Shown piece after piece: positions 1-10,786 of a DNA stretch of 64,000 bases. Within the stretch, counting starts at the first letter, position 1. Each line of letters opens with the position of its first letter. Source of the stretch: a virus; the IMG/VR virus record IMGVR_UViG_637000270_000013; one strand, 5' to 3'. The notes under the pieces were generated by a model, which saw only the letters and a program-made list of their open reading frames with translations, had not been told where the DNA came from and did not search any database. The position numbers and the translations under genes are program-made.

Positions 1-1733
1 GCCAAACTGCTTTTGCACCATCCGTGGCCGTTATTGACAGTGTAAGACATTTAACGCTGTGGGTGTGCCTTCTTTGATGTGCTGTCATACACGATTAAGC
101 TTCCTTACCCCCCAGGGTAGGTGGTTGCAGGGCGTAAAGAGGCGTTAGCAACAGATGAGCATAAGAAAAATCGACCGTAATAAGGAAATAAAAAAGGGGT
201 ATATAGGGAACTCGCGTCCTTACCATTAGGATGAATTCGTTGACTTGTTAGTTCAATGAGACCAGACGGGACGCGCTTTGCTCGGTAAAATCACGCTATA
301 TGCAAATACATGTGATTTTCATTCTCATTTGGTATTGAATCGGAATCCTCTTAAATGATATAACTAGCTATCCCCATTGCAGAGCTAAAACCGCCGTCGG
401 GTGAGTTCCGGAGATAAGCGCCGGGTGGGGACAACTTCTTTAAGGCCGCACAGGTGCGGCCCTTTTCTTATTGAGGGTTATAAAGGGCGATGTTGGCACC
501 TGGACGAAGTTTTGCCTTTTCCAACTGCCATGTGTTTTCAGGTTTACAGCATAATAAAAATGAGCACGAGTGGAAAGCTTAGTGGCCAGGTTAAACCGAT
601 AAGCGCGGTGCACAGTAGACGTATGCCGAAAGGACGGGTCGCGGCTGATAAAAAATTTCAAAAGCGCTGTGACGACAGTGCCGGTGAGGTAGCTTGCAAC
701 AAGAAGCTGCCATGTCGTCAGGGTGTGCGTGTCCATATTCGCCGTTCCTTTCTGATTAAATCCTTTACATGCTCGAAATATCCCCCCGCTTGCACAGGCC
801 CTAGCCAGCGGTGGCACAGGACTTATATACCGCCTTGTGTTAGTTCAGCTTGTAAGTAAGGGCCGCCCGGCACAAGCGTGTACACCCTGTTCGCCCAAGA
901 TACGCTAAAAATAATCGGCCTCGCCATGAAAAAGGGGGGTAAAACCATTACCCCATCGCGAGTTCCGGTGAAAATCATGGTCAGGGCTCGCCTTGCCAAC
1001 GGTATTTATTACGCTAAATGAGTACTCTTTTCCATGTCTTCGCCTCTGCGCTCAAACATGCGCTGAGCAGTACGCATGTCGCGTCCCGTGCAAATAACAT
1101 TGAGGGCACTTGATGTGATACCGTGCTGCAGTCCTGGTCAATGAAACAGATTGCTTTGATAGCAAATTTATCGCTTTCATGTCGGTCAACTGCGGCGTTG
1201 ATCAAACTTCAGAATAAACCCGATGTTTTCTTTGAGGAGAGAAGTGAGTAATAAAATTGCTAATTTGTTATGTATTATAAGCCAATGTTATTTTGCATAA
1301 CGAAAATTCTGGCATAGTGGCTTCAGCGAATTCTAATCTCGCTCTGTTTCAATCCGGTACAACATCCTGCCACCAGTTACCGCGACTACGTAAGAGCACA
1401 AATGGTTAATGCTATCGGTATGCTCGCGAGACCGGCGACATGAAGCACCGGGTTTTCTTATTCATGGAAAGTAGGTAATTAATTCAATCTATTTTTTTAG
1501 AGTGATTATTTATTTTTTGTGTAAGACTAACGACGTAGATAAAAATTTGTTCTATGATTTATTAAATCTATGCCATCCTTTTAAAATTTATTGATATCAT
1601 CACACTGCCTCTCTGCAGGTCGGTGATAAATAAAAAAACACTGAACGCGTTTAAAAGAGAAACCTGTCCAATATCATTTTTTTTGGGGAGTGATTGCGTG
1701 CGCGGGTACGCCTGTCCCCTTTAAGGCAGCATC

Positions 1734-2096
1734 ATGAAAGATGAAAACGCTCGGATTATTTATGACAACATCTTTGAGGGGGAAATACCGTCCTCTAAGA
1801 TTGAACGCTGGCGTTTCGGTGTCAATGCTTCTTTGTTGCAAGCACATTTCACCCGGTCTCAGGTTGATATCCTCGATTGGCGTGTTGAAGCCCATCATTT
1901 TGATATTTTTATCTGTGGACATATCCGGGCGATGGGGCAGACGTTTGTTAATTTCCCATCACACGGGGTGATTTAAATGATCATTTTTTGTTGGTCATTA
2001 TGCTTGAAGGCAGTATTAGAAGATAGTCTGGGTCGACAGACTTTATCACTTGAACCTGAAGATGTCCTGTTGATAGACGTATTACAGCCTCTGAAT
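1734..2096 (+). pseudogene. AraC-family (FeaR-like N-terminal domain) regulator, frameshifted and truncated by the IS
   Basis: Fragments in alternating frames read ...KIERWRFGVN...WRVEAHHFDIFICGHIRAMGQTF / DHFLLVIMLEG / EDSLGRQTLSLEPEDVLLIDVLQPL, resembling the AraC ligand-binding domain; the reading ends at the IS left end. Confidence 0.5.
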
Positions 2097-3149
2097 GGCT
2101 TTGTTGAATAAATATAACTTTTAGGTGATCGTCTGCTCAGATCACTACCGTCATTTCAACATCTGCACTCCATGGCAAAGCAAAAGTTTAAAATAACCAA
2201 CTGGTCCACTTACAACAAAGCTCTCAAGCAGCGCGGGGCTCTGACGATATGGCTGGATGAGTCGGCAATTGTTGCATGGACGGAAAAAACAACGCCTGAA
2301 CAGCGTGGCCAGCCGCTTCACTACGCAGATATGGCTATCACCACTGTTCTGATGATGAAACGCGTGTTTGGCCTTTCGTTAAGGGCTTTACAGGGCTTCG
2401 TTGACGCCATTTTTAAACTGATGGTGCTGCCGCTAAGATACCCAGACTACTCGCTGATCAGCAAGCGAGCAAAGACAGTTAAGATCAGCATAAAAACGCC
2501 GACCCGTGGTGAAATCTCACCTCTAGTCATTGACGGAACCGGCCTGAAGGTCTTTGGCGAAGGCGAATGGAAAGTCCGACAGCATGGTGCCGACAGACGG
2601 AGGGTGTGGCGTAAGCTGCATATGGCCGCAGACAGTGTAATGCATGAGATTATCTGTGCTGACTTATCGCTCAGCGGTACGACGGATGCTCAGGCCCTAC
2701 CCGCTCTGATAAACCAGACCCAGCGGAAAATCAGGGAAGCGTCGGCTGATGGCGCTTACGATACCCGCTACTGTCATGATGCTCTGCTGAGGAAGAAAAT
2801 AAGGCCTCTTATTTCTCCACGAGGTGGGGCACAATATTGGCCAGACCGATACCATGAGCGTAACTACGCCGTTGCGAATCAGCGTCTAAGCGGCAGTAAC
2901 GATGTATGGAAAAAGCAAGTGGGCTATCATCGACGCTCAGTGGCTGAAACAGCGATATTCCGGTTCAAAACGCTTATGGGCGATCATCTAAGTCTGCGTG
3001 ACTATGATGCGCAGGTAGGTGAGGCAATGGAGATGGTCAAAGCGCTTAACAAAATGACGCTGTTAGGAATGCCGAACAGCATCCGGATCGCATAACAATC
3101 GATCTGCTAGGGGGGCGTAGTCACAAGTTCTGATTTATTCAACAAAGCC
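2097..3149 (+). mobile_element. IS5-family, IS903-group insertion sequence (1053 bp)
   Basis: 17-bp perfect terminal inverted repeats GGCTTTGTTGAATAAAT (2097-2113 and 3133-3149) enclosing a 307-aa transposase; no flanking target duplication. Confidence 0.95.
2172..3095 (+). CDS. IS903-group DDE transposase
   Basis: 307 aa; MAKQKFKITNWSTYNKALKQRG start, IDGTGLK, ADGAYD and YHRRSVAETAIFRFK motifs. Confidence 0.95.
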   Translation: MAKQKFKITNWSTYNKALKQRGALTIWLDESAIVAWTEKTTPEQRGQPLHYADMAITTVLMMKRVFGLSLRALQGFVDAIFKLMVLPLRYPDYSLISKRAKTVKISIKTPTRGEISPLVIDGTGLKVFGEGEWKVRQHGADRRRVWRKLHMAADSVMHEIICADLSLSGTTDAQALPALINQTQRKIREASADGAYDTRYCHDALLRKKIRPLISPRGGAQYWPDRYHERNYAVANQRLSGSNDVWKKQVGYHRRSVAETAIFRFKTLMGDHLSLRDYDAQVGEAMEMVKALNKMTLLGMPNSIRIA

Positions 3150-3332
3150 AAAAACAGCTTGCTGTTCGGGGTCATCAAGCTGACTAATGTATTTCTCCAT
3201 TTTGATGATGACCTTACCGGCATCGGCTTGTCCAATTGCTTTCAACAGCAGCGACATCATCGCTTTCATGCAGTTGACTTCCTGCGCGAGAACTGCGGTT
3301 TCGCTATCGGTAGTAAATTCAACGTTGCCCAT
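3135..3332 (-). pseudogene. yecF: YecF/DUF2594-family protein truncated at the C-terminus by the IS
   Basis: LAQEVNCMKAMMSLLLKAIGQADAGKVIIKMEK matches YecF, which lies upstream of uvrY in enterobacteria; the final GFVE-stop is encoded by the IS inverted repeat. Confidence 0.85.
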
Positions 3333-3997
3333 TATTTTCCCCGTTATCAGTGGTCATTACGACTGACATCGCGTCAGCCGGATCGTTATGAGTCGACGTT
3401 GGACGCCATGTACGGCGATTTAACAGGTTTTGTTTTATAAATTTAATTGACGTATATCATTTATCCCGACGAAATGCGTCAGGTTAAAAAACAGCACCTT
3501 TTCCGCGCGCTGCCCCCCAACCGTCAAAGGTGACGGATTAAGCGGAGCGGCAATATATTATAATAAATTTTAAAGTTTTGTACGCTAAAAGTAATATGAA
3601 ATAAATAATTATTCTTTAAAATATGTATATTAAATGATTTATGATAATATTGCCTGAAAGAGTATCAAAAATTAACAGCATGATTTTAAAGTAGATTGAA
3701 TGGTGATCTGTTCATTTTATAAACAATTTCGGCGCTGTATTGGCGGCGTTGATGGGGTGAGTTTACAGGGTAAATCGGCAATTACCGACCGCTACGCGAA
3801 TTTTGGTGAAATTTCCTTGCGGTGCAATAACCTATCTGTCTAAAATGAGCCTGCGCAGCAGGCGACACTGCTGAATTTGCTGAATTTTTCCAGTATAAGC
3901 GAGTAATCATTTTTCTTTATTTACTTAAAAGCTGTAATATTAAGTCTTAAATATTTGATTCGCTTTACATTACTCCCTCTTTTTGGAGAATTTTTCT

Positions 3998-4654
3998 TTG
4001 ATAAGCGTTTTTCTTGTTGATGACCACGAATTGGTGCGCGCAGGGATACGACGCATTCTTGAAGATATCAAAGGCTTCAAAGTCGTTGGCGAGGCACACT
4101 GTGGCGAGGATGCGGTGAAGTGGTGCCGCAACAATTGCGTCAACGTCGTGTTAATGGATATGAATATGCCGGGTATTGGCGGTTTGGAAGCTACGCGCAA
4201 AATCGTGCGCTTCTCGCCTGATATCAAAGTTATCATGCTGACCATTTACACAGAAAACCCATTACCTGCTAAAGTGATGCAGGCCGGGGCCGCTGGCTAC
4301 CTCAGTAAAGCCGCCGCGCCGCGCGAGGTGATCTGCGCCATTCGCGCGGTCAATGCCGGTAAACGCTACATCGCGTCGGATATCGCCCAGCAGATGGCCC
4401 TTAGCCAGCTGGAGCCGCAGGCGGAAACCCCCTTTGAATGTTTGTCTGAACGGGAATTACAAATTATGCTGATGATTACCCGCGGGCAGAAGGTCACCGA
4501 TATATCAGAGCAGCTCAATTTGAGCCCCAAAACCGTCAATAGCTATCGCTATCGGATATTTAGTAAACTAAACATCAGCGGTGATGTAGAATTAACCCAT
4601 CTGGCCATCCGTCACGGGTTGTTCAACACGGAGATTTTATTAAGTAGTGACTGA
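3998..4654 (+). CDS. uvrY: Response regulator UvrY/SirA/GacA
   Basis: TTG start after a GGAGA RBS gives 218 aa; [16 protein letters not shown] receiver domain plus LuxR HTH; directly upstream of uvrC. Confidence 0.97.
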   Translation: MISVFLVDDHELVRAGIRRILEDIKGFKVVGEAHCGEDAVKWCRNNCVNVVLMDMNMPGIGGLEATRKIVRFSPDIKVIMLTIYTENPLPAKVMQAGAAGYLSKAAAPREVICAIRAVNAGKRYIASDIAQQMALSQLEPQAETPFECLSERELQIMLMITRGQKVTDISEQLNLSPKTVNSYRYRIFSKLNISGDVELTHLAIRHGLFNTEILLSSD

Positions 4655-6479
4655 CAGTTTCAACGCCAAACAATTCCTGAGCACCGTAACCAGCCAGCCT
4701 GGCGTCTATAGCATGTATGATTTGTCCGGTACGGTGATTTATGTCGGCAAGGCTAAAGATCTGAAAAAACGCCTGGCAAGCTACTTTCGCGCCCAGGTTG
4801 CCAGCCGCAAGACTGAAGCGCTGGTGAAAAGCATTCATCATATTGATGTCACCATCACCCATACGGAAACCGAGGCGCTGCTGCTTGAACACAACTATAT
4901 CAAGCTGTATCAGCCGCGCTATAACGTATTACTGCGTGACGACAAATCCTATCCCTTCATTTTTCTCAGCGGTGACGCACATCCGCGTATCACATCCCAT
5001 CGCGGTGCCAAGCATGCGAAAGGGGATTATTTTGGTCCGTTTCCCAACGGTTATGCGGTGAAGGAAACGTTGGCCCTGCTGCAAAAGCTGTTTCCGATTC
5101 GCCAATGTGAGGACAGCGTGTATCGCAACCGTTCACGACCGTGCCTGCAGTATCAGATTGGCCGCTGTCTGGGGCCTTGCGTAGCAGGACTGGTCAGCGA
5201 TGAGGAATACCAGCAGCAGGTGGAATATGTGCGCTTGTTTTTGTCGGGCAAAGATCAGCAGGTGCTTAATCAGCTCGTGGAGCGGATGGAGCTTGCCAGC
5301 CGTGCGCTGAATTTTGAGGACGCTGCGCACGCACGTGATCAGATACAGGCGGTGCGCCGAGTGACGGAAAAACAGTTCGTTTCCGGTGACCGGGAAGATC
5401 TGGACGTCATTGGCGTCTCTTTTGACGCCGGGATGGCCTGCGTGCATGTGCTGTTTATTCGCCAGGGTAAAGTGTTAGGCAGCCGCAGTTATTTCCCGAA
5501 AGTGCCGGTCGGTACCGAACTGGCGGAAGTGGTACAGACGTTTGTGGGTCAATTTTATCTCCAGGGCAGTCAGATGCGGTCGCTGCCGGGGGAGATTCTG
5601 CTGGATTTCACACTGCCGGAAAAAACGTTGCTGGCGGCGTCGCTAAGTGAGCAAGCGGGCAGGAAAATTCAGATCCAAACGCAGCCGCGCGGCGATCGTG
5701 CCCGTTACTTAAAACTGGCCCGCACGAATGCCGCGACGGCGCTGGTGACTAAACTGTCGCAGCAGTCGACGGTACATCAGCGTTTAGCCGCCCTGGCGGA
5801 ACTTTTGGGCATTCAGGCAATCAACCGGATGGAATGCTTTGACATCAGCCATACGATGGGGGAGCATACTATCGCTTCCTGCGTGATTTTTGACGGCAAT
5901 GGGTCGGTACGCGCCGAATATCGCCGCTATAACATTGAAGGCATTACACCCGGCGATGATTATGCCGCCATGGATCAGGTTCTGCGCCGTCGCTACGGTA
6001 AAGCGTTGGAAGAAAAGAAAATCCCCGACGTGGTGATTATTGATGGCGGTAAAGGGCAATTGGGAATGGCAAAAGCGGTGTTCGAGCAGTTGGAGGTCCC
6101 CTGGGACAAATCGCGCGTGGTGTTGCTCGGCGTGGCAAAAGGAGTGGATCGCAAGGCCGGCCTCGAAACGCTGTTTTTGCAGCCTCATGGCGAGGGGATG
6201 GCGCTGCCGCCGGATTCACCTGCATTGCATGTAATACAACATATCCGCGATGATTCACACAACCATGCGATTACCGGCCATCGCAATAAACGTGCTAAGG
6301 TAAAAAATACCAGCGCGCTGGAATTGATTGAGGGTGTGGGACCAAGACGCAGACAGTCTCTGTTGAAGTATATGGGCGGCCTGCAGCCGCTACGCAATGC
6401 CAGCGTTGAAGAAATTGCCCAAGTGCCGGGCATTTCGGGCGCTCTTGCAGAAAAAATATTTAATGCGTTGAAACACTAG
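4647..6479 (+). CDS. uvrC: Excinuclease ABC subunit C
   Basis: 610 aa; GIY-YIG N-terminus (PGVY...[12 protein letters not shown]), RNase H-like domain (ECFDISH), C-terminal HhH. Confidence 0.98.
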   Translation: MTDSFNAKQFLSTVTSQPGVYSMYDLSGTVIYVGKAKDLKKRLASYFRAQVASRKTEALVKSIHHIDVTITHTETEALLLEHNYIKLYQPRYNVLLRDDKSYPFIFLSGDAHPRITSHRGAKHAKGDYFGPFPNGYAVKETLALLQKLFPIRQCEDSVYRNRSRPCLQYQIGRCLGPCVAGLVSDEEYQQQVEYVRLFLSGKDQQVLNQLVERMELASRALNFEDAAHARDQIQAVRRVTEKQFVSGDREDLDVIGVSFDAGMACVHVLFIRQGKVLGSRSYFPKVPVGTELAEVVQTFVGQFYLQGSQMRSLPGEILLDFTLPEKTLLAASLSEQAGRKIQIQTQPRGDRARYLKLARTNAATALVTKLSQQSTVHQRLAALAELLGIQAINRMECFDISHTMGEHTIASCVIFDGNGSVRAEYRRYNIEGITPGDDYAAMDQVLRRRYGKALEEKKIPDVVIIDGGKGQLGMAKAVFEQLEVPWDKSRVVLLGVAKGVDRKAGLETLFLQPHGEGMALPPDSPALHVIQHIRDDSHNHAITGHRNKRAKVKNTSALELIEGVGPRRRQSLLKYMGGLQPLRNASVEEIAQVPGISGALAEKIFNALKH

Positions 6480-6544
6480 CGGCAATGTAGCAACATACTT
6501 AATAATTTCCACTCCGGCCAGAGCCAGATAGTTACCAAAGTACT

Positions 6545-7093
6545 ATGCAACTGAATATACCGACTTGGCTTACCCTGTTCCGTGTCGTCATGATACCGTT
6601 CTTTGTTCTGGCTTTCTATCTACCTTTCAAGTGGGCGCCGCTGTGCTGCGCGTTAATTTTTGTCCTGGCCGCGGTAACGGATTGGTTCGATGGCTTTCTA
6701 GCCCGTCGCTGGAAACAGACCACCCGCTTCGGTGCGTTTCTCGATCCTGTCGCGGATAAAGTGATGGTCGCCATGGCGCTGGTGCTGGTGGCGGAACATT
6801 TTCATTCATGGTGGATTACGCTACCAGCGGCGACGATGATCGCTCGCGAAATCATTATCTCCGCCTTGCGCGAGTGGATGGCGGAGATAGGTAAGCGCAG
6901 CAGCGTAGCGGTTTCCTGGATTGGCAAGGTCAAAACCACTGCGCAAATGCTCGCATTGGTGACGCTATTGTGGCGGCCGGACGACATCGTGTCGGGGATA
7001 GGCATTGCCGCGCTGTATGTCGCGGCGGTGCTGACGTTCTGGTCCATGTTCCAATATTTGTATGCCGCCCGGCACGATTTGTTTGAACATTGA
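6545..7093 (+). CDS. pgsA: CDP-diacylglycerol--glycerol-3-phosphate 3-phosphatidyltransferase
   Basis: 182 aa; DWFDGFLAR...[10 protein letters not shown] motif; uvrC-pgsA-tRNA synteny. Confidence 0.98.
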   Translation: MQLNIPTWLTLFRVVMIPFFVLAFYLPFKWAPLCCALIFVLAAVTDWFDGFLARRWKQTTRFGAFLDPVADKVMVAMALVLVAEHFHSWWITLPAATMIAREIIISALREWMAEIGKRSSVAVSWIGKVKTTAQMLALVTLLWRPDDIVSGIGIAALYVAAVLTFWSMFQYLYAARHDLFEH

Positions 7094-7143
7094 GAGAAGC
7101 GATTTAAAAACCAGCAAACGCATCGACGATAGTTATTTTTGTA

Positions 7144-7171
7144 TCGACTCATACTACGAGGTCAGTAGAAT
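7144..7171 (+). promoter_or_regulatory. Probable sigma70 promoter of tRNA-Gly
   Basis: TCGACT-16 nt-TAGAAT upstream of the tRNA. Confidence 0.55.
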
Positions 7172-7232
7172 GCATCGCATCGAAAGCAACCACGGTTTTG
7201 CTAGCGTTATTAAATCAGGTGTTGTAAGTAAT

Positions 7233-7307
7233 GCGGGAATAGCTCAGTGGTAGAGTACAACCTTGCCAAGGTTGGGGTCGCGAGTTCGAGCCTCGCTTCC
7301 CGCTCCA
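7233..7307 (+). tRNA. glyW: tRNA-Gly (GCC)
   Basis: Cloverleaf: GCGGGAA/TTCCCGC acceptor stem, CAACC-TTGCCAA-GGTTG anticodon arm, TTCGA T-loop, CCA end. Confidence 0.97.
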
Positions 7308-7351
7308 AATTTCGGTCGGCAGCGGAGATTTTCGCTCGCGGTAGGCCTCTG

Positions 7352-7376
7352 AAAGGACCCTTACGGGTCCTTTTTT
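7352..7376 (+). terminator. Intrinsic terminator after tRNA-Gly
   Basis: AAAGGACCC-TTAC-GGGTCCTTT followed by a T-run. Confidence 0.85.
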
Positions 7377-7659
7377 CGCTGTTGCCGGCTAACATCTTAC
7401 ACCGCATCCTTTCGTCCTAGCTTACCCGGGTACCAATGGCACGGGACTCGAGCAGCGGTTGGTGTGGCCTCTGCGACCGCTCTTTGCGCGTATCTGACCG
7501 GCGATAGATCGCCCGTCAAGCGTCGATTCCATGGTCGGATGCGTGGGGGCGATGATGAGTAGTGCAAGGTTTGCCGGCGCAGGCAAATGACGGTTTTTTT
7601 TAGCGCGGGCCTGTGTTGGCTGTGATGTAACCATCTAAACGTCTCGCGCCAAAAAAGGC

Positions 7660-7688
7660 TTGCCATCGTTGCTCAGGCAAGCCATAAT
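7660..7688 (+). promoter_or_regulatory. Probable promoter of tRNA-Cys/tRNA-Leu
   Basis: TTGCCA-17 nt-CATAAT with an A-tract upstream and a GC-containing discriminator. Confidence 0.6.
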
Positions 7689-7806
7689 TGCGTCCATTCT
7701 GAAACATGGAATAAACGAATTGTATTTATGATCAGTTAGTTGCAAGGTAGTGATTCGGCAATTTGTCGATAAAACGGCTGTAGTGCGAAGACAAGCGATG
7801 AAATAA

Positions 7807-7880
7807 GGCGCGTTGGCAGAGTGGCCATGCAGCGGATTGCAAATCCGTCTACCTCGGTTCGACTCCGGGACGCGCCTCCA
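7807..7880 (+). tRNA. cysT: tRNA-Cys (GCA)
   Basis: 74 nt; GGCGCGT acceptor, GCGGA-TTGCAAA-TCCGT anticodon arm, CCA end. Confidence 0.97.
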
Positions 7881-7896
7881 GTTTTGATTTCCCGAC

Positions 7897-7982
7897 GCCC
7901 GGGTGGTGGAATCGGTAGACACAAGGGATTTAAAATCCCTCGGCCTTTGGCTGTACGAGTTCAAGTCTCGTCCCGGGTACCA
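7897..7982 (+). tRNA. leuZ: tRNA-Leu (TAA), prophage integration target
   Basis: 86 nt with long variable arm; AGGGA-TTTAAAA-TCCCT anticodon arm; CCA end. Confidence 0.97.
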
Positions 7983-8049
7983 CACAGAAAAAATCATAAT
8001 AATCAGTAAGATGTCCTGTATTAGTCACCGTCGTCAAGGCGGTTTTTTT
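7928..8049 (+). repeat. attL: tRNA-Leu 3' half plus terminator
   Basis: Identical to 44428-44493 over 66 bp, then 9 mismatches in the next 56 bp. Confidence 0.95.
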
Positions 8050-8064
8050 GTGCCCAAATCAGCT

Positions 8065-8091
8065 ATTCCTAACATCATTCCTAACATCATT
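8065..8091 (+). repeat. Integrase arm-type sites, left arm
   Basis: Tandem ATTCCTAACATC twice (8065-8088); the same TTCCTAACA core recurs beside attR. Confidence 0.7.
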
Positions 8092-8111
8092 TTTTTGGCT
8101 TGAATAAAAAT

Positions 8112-9128
8112 TCATTTTTTCTGACCACCGACGACGGGGACTATCTCTGTTTTTCTGTTGTACCGTGCCGTCTGTCCGATGCTTTTATGCCCGGAGATCG
8201 CTTGCTTCTCTGACAGTGAACCTTCTAAATCAGAGATTCCCTTCGCTTTCAAATCGTGAAAAGTGAAATCAAATGTTAGCTCAGGATGTAACACCGAAGC
8301 TTTTGCTCGAGCTTTTGCCCAACTTGAATTAAAACCATCACGTGTGTAACGATTGCCGTTGGGTTGATGTAATACATAAATGCTGTTAACGCCTTGTGAT
8401 GCTGGTAAGCTATCGGCTAAGTCAATTACTTTTTTTAAGCGTTCAGTCCATGCTTTTATCTGTTTCTTGCCCGTTTTCCCTTGGCAAATGAAAATCCCAT
8501 CATCAAGCAACTGTGATTTAGTCAATGACAAAACATCGCTCTGCCGAGCGCAACATAAATAAGCGATCTCCATTGCTATACGAACAGTAGCGGGAGCAAC
8601 GGAATACAACGCTTCATATTCTGCATCTGTAATGTAGCGATCTCTAGCCTCTTCTTTAAATTGTCTTACACCTGAGCATGGATTCCCCTTGGTAATTCCT
8701 CTCTCATAACCCCAGCGATAAACACGTGATAGAAACCGTTTTTCATGGTTTGCCTGTGTTTTGCTTTTTGTTCCCCGTTTATCCATATATTTTCTTATAT
8801 GCTGAGGCTTAACATTATCAGGATGCATTTTCCCAAAAACGGGAAGTAGTCTAGTTGAATTTCTTTTATAGTCTTTTTGTGTTTCCGCTGCAAGAGCCAT
8901 AAAATCAGCAGAAAGAAAAAACTGATTTATCAAATGCTCTAGGTTTTTTCTTTCATTGCGATAATTGTTGGCTTGTTCATATTTCGCCCATACAACAGGT
9001 ATTAATGAATCCAGAGGGCATAATGATATTGACCCACCGCTAGCCGGATGAAATTCATATTGTGTTTTCCCTCGATAAACACGAGGTGGCAGAGCGTTAT
9101 CTGCTGGATTCTTGCGTTTGCCAACCAT
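8112..9128 (-). CDS. int: Tyrosine integrase
   Basis: 338 aa; CCARQSD, GKTGK, HDLKAKG, SGH and RY catalytic motifs; adjacent to attL. Confidence 0.95.
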   Translation of the reverse strand: MVGKRKNPADNALPPRVYRGKTQYEFHPASGGSISLCPLDSLIPVVWAKYEQANNYRNERKNLEHLINQFFLSADFMALAAETQKDYKRNSTRLLPVFGKMHPDNVKPQHIRKYMDKRGTKSKTQANHEKRFLSRVYRWGYERGITKGNPCSGVRQFKEEARDRYITDAEYEALYSVAPATVRIAMEIAYLCCARQSDVLSLTKSQLLDDGIFICQGKTGKKQIKAWTERLKKVIDLADSLPASQGVNSIYVLHQPNGNRYTRDGFNSSWAKARAKASVLHPELTFDFTFHDLKAKGISDLEGSLSEKQAISGHKSIGQTARYNRKTEIVPVVGGQKK

Positions 9129-9137
9129 TATTATAAC

Positions 9138-9362
9138 TCACATAGCACTGAAGTTAGGTTCATCCAGCTTTTGTTCCGTTGAAAATTGCCTATATGCCAA
9201 CGGATGAGCAATGTGATACCACGTTGTACTTGGTGAACCATCCCGTCGTTTCTTGTACCAGATCCCCGCCTCATTCAGCCATTGGCACTGCCTTGATTTA
9301 TATTGATGTCCGGTTAACTGGACTAATTCGTCTGGTGATAAAATATCATGTTCATTCTTCAT
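9138..9362 (-). CDS. Excisionase-like protein (DUF4224-like)
   Basis: 74 aa; LSPDELVQLTG...QCQWL...GI...RRDG pattern; immediately upstream of int. Confidence 0.75.
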   Translation of the reverse strand: MKNEHDILSPDELVQLTGHQYKSRQCQWLNEAGIWYKKRRDGSPSTTWYHIAHPLAYRQFSTEQKLDEPNFSAM

Positions 9363-9486
9363 TGGTCATACCTCAATACGACCGTTCAACATACTAATAT
9401 GCTGCCCGGATTGATTTTGATTTTTGAAAATCAGTTTTAAAAATGGCTAGTGTATTATGCTACATTACTATCAGTTCAGTGAGACG

Positions 9487-10155
9487 TTACTGCGCTCCGT
9501 AGTTATTCAGAACGTGGCTCGATGGCGACAGCAAAGACGGTGGGATATAGCGGTCCGTCCCGTTTTCGCGGCAGTACATCGCCAGCCCCCTGTTACAATG
9601 CGTTCCGGTCTTCTGATAAATATCCTGAAGCTTGTTCTCGACCGTGCGATGAGAGATACCCAGCCGCCGTCCTGTCTCCTTGCTGCTCAGGTTATGCAAG
9701 GCAAAGAACACGATTTCCCACTCTCTCGGCGTAAACCGCTCACCCGGCTCAAACGTCGCCGGGCGCGGCGCTTCCCCGTCCACGCATTCCAGCGTCGAGC
9801 CGAAAGCAAACGGGCGCGCATGGCAGATGGTGCCGATGCACTCGAATTCCTCATCCTCCGACTGGTCATCAACGCACTCGAATTGCGGATAGAAATCGAA
9901 AAGATAGAGCTGCAGCGTCTGCTCTGGGCTGTAGGGAAACTGATTCTGCACTGAGAAAAGCTGGCGACTTTCGCGGGCTTTTTCTTCCTGCACCAGAAAC
10001 AACTCAAGCGACATAGGCATTTCGATAATGTCGATACTTTCCGGTAAATTCAGTAATTCCTTCATTGCCCGATTGAAGAACGGCATGCCCTTTAAGCCAG
10101 TTACGGCGCAGGGTGTAGTCAGATGCAAGCAAGTGTACGTCAGGATGTCGTTCAT
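9487..10155 (-). CDS. PAS-like sensor plus LuxR-type HTH transcriptional regulator
   Basis: C-terminal FTPREWEIVFFALHNLSSKETGRRLGISHRTVENKLQDIYQK LuxR HTH; N-terminal FNRAMKELL PAS-like region. Confidence 0.8.
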   Translation of the reverse strand: MNDILTYTCLHLTTPCAVTGLKGMPFFNRAMKELLNLPESIDIIEMPMSLELFLVQEEKARESRQLFSVQNQFPYSPEQTLQLYLFDFYPQFECVDDQSEDEEFECIGTICHARPFAFGSTLECVDGEAPRPATFEPGERFTPREWEIVFFALHNLSSKETGRRLGISHRTVENKLQDIYQKTGTHCNRGLAMYCRENGTDRYIPPSLLSPSSHVLNNYGAQ

Positions 10156-10409
10156 GCCGCACCTCCTACCAATTCAGGCTTACCCGGAGAAACAATGTCC
10201 ACGGAGAATCGTAGAATTCGCCCGTCGCCAAAATCCACCTCGATACTCTCTTCGCGATGAAGCATCTTTCGAGCAACCGCCGTAACCGCCTCATCCGTGA
10301 CATCGTATTTCTTACCCGTAAAGCGCGTAGTGCCCGCCTCCTGTGTGGAATATCCGGCCAGAATACGCCCAGACAATGTTGAATAACCTACGGAAATTTT
10401 ATTTTTCAT
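10152..10409 (-). CDS. Phage hypothetical protein
   Basis: 85-aa ORF with ATGA-type overlaps to both neighbours. Confidence 0.7.
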   Translation of the reverse strand: MKNKISVGYSTLSGRILAGYSTQEAGTTRFTGKKYDVTDEAVTAVARKMLHREESIEVDFGDGRILRFSVDIVSPGKPELVGGAA

Positions 10410-10786
10410 CCCGCACCTCTGGTTTTCACTGAATTCGGAGGTAACTCATCTACATCGGGTAAATCTGAAAGGTGCATCCAGTGAGTCACGTACCCATTTA
10501 AAAATCCCTCACAATCTCCGTCATCAAAATATGCAATATCAATATGCCCATTGCCGGTTACAAGAAGCATTCGCCCATCTTTTGGCATTTGCTCGCTGCA
10601 AGCAATCCACCCATTTTTTTCTGCATCGCATTTTTCGTTCAGCCCATCAAGAGAGGCTAGCGCAAATCGGGCAAGTAATACCGCATCCTCCCGGGGAATG
10701 GGGTCTTCCTGACAGGCGTAATCCGCTAATACGCCAGCCTCATGCATTACTCTAACTTCTTCAAATACTTTTTCATTATCAATCAT
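10406..10786 (-). CDS. DUF551-domain phage protein
   Basis: C-terminal WIACSEQMP...VTHWMHLSDLP motif. Confidence 0.75.
   Translation of the reverse strand: MIDNEKVFEEVRVMHEAGVLADYACQEDPIPREDAVLLARFALASLDGLNEKCDAEKNGWIACSEQMPKDGRMLLVTGNGHIDIAYFDDGDCEGFLNGYVTHWMHLSDLPDVDELPPNSVKTRGAG

Noticed and set aside
401-1450. ORFs at 401-859, 440-817 and 1014-1205, and fragments near 1240-1440
   Set aside because: No recognisable family or convincing RBS; they may be pseudogene debris but I cannot assign them
1734-1976. LuxI autoinducer synthase fragment
   Set aside because: The resemblance is superficial; the downstream frames fit an AraC-type N-terminal domain better
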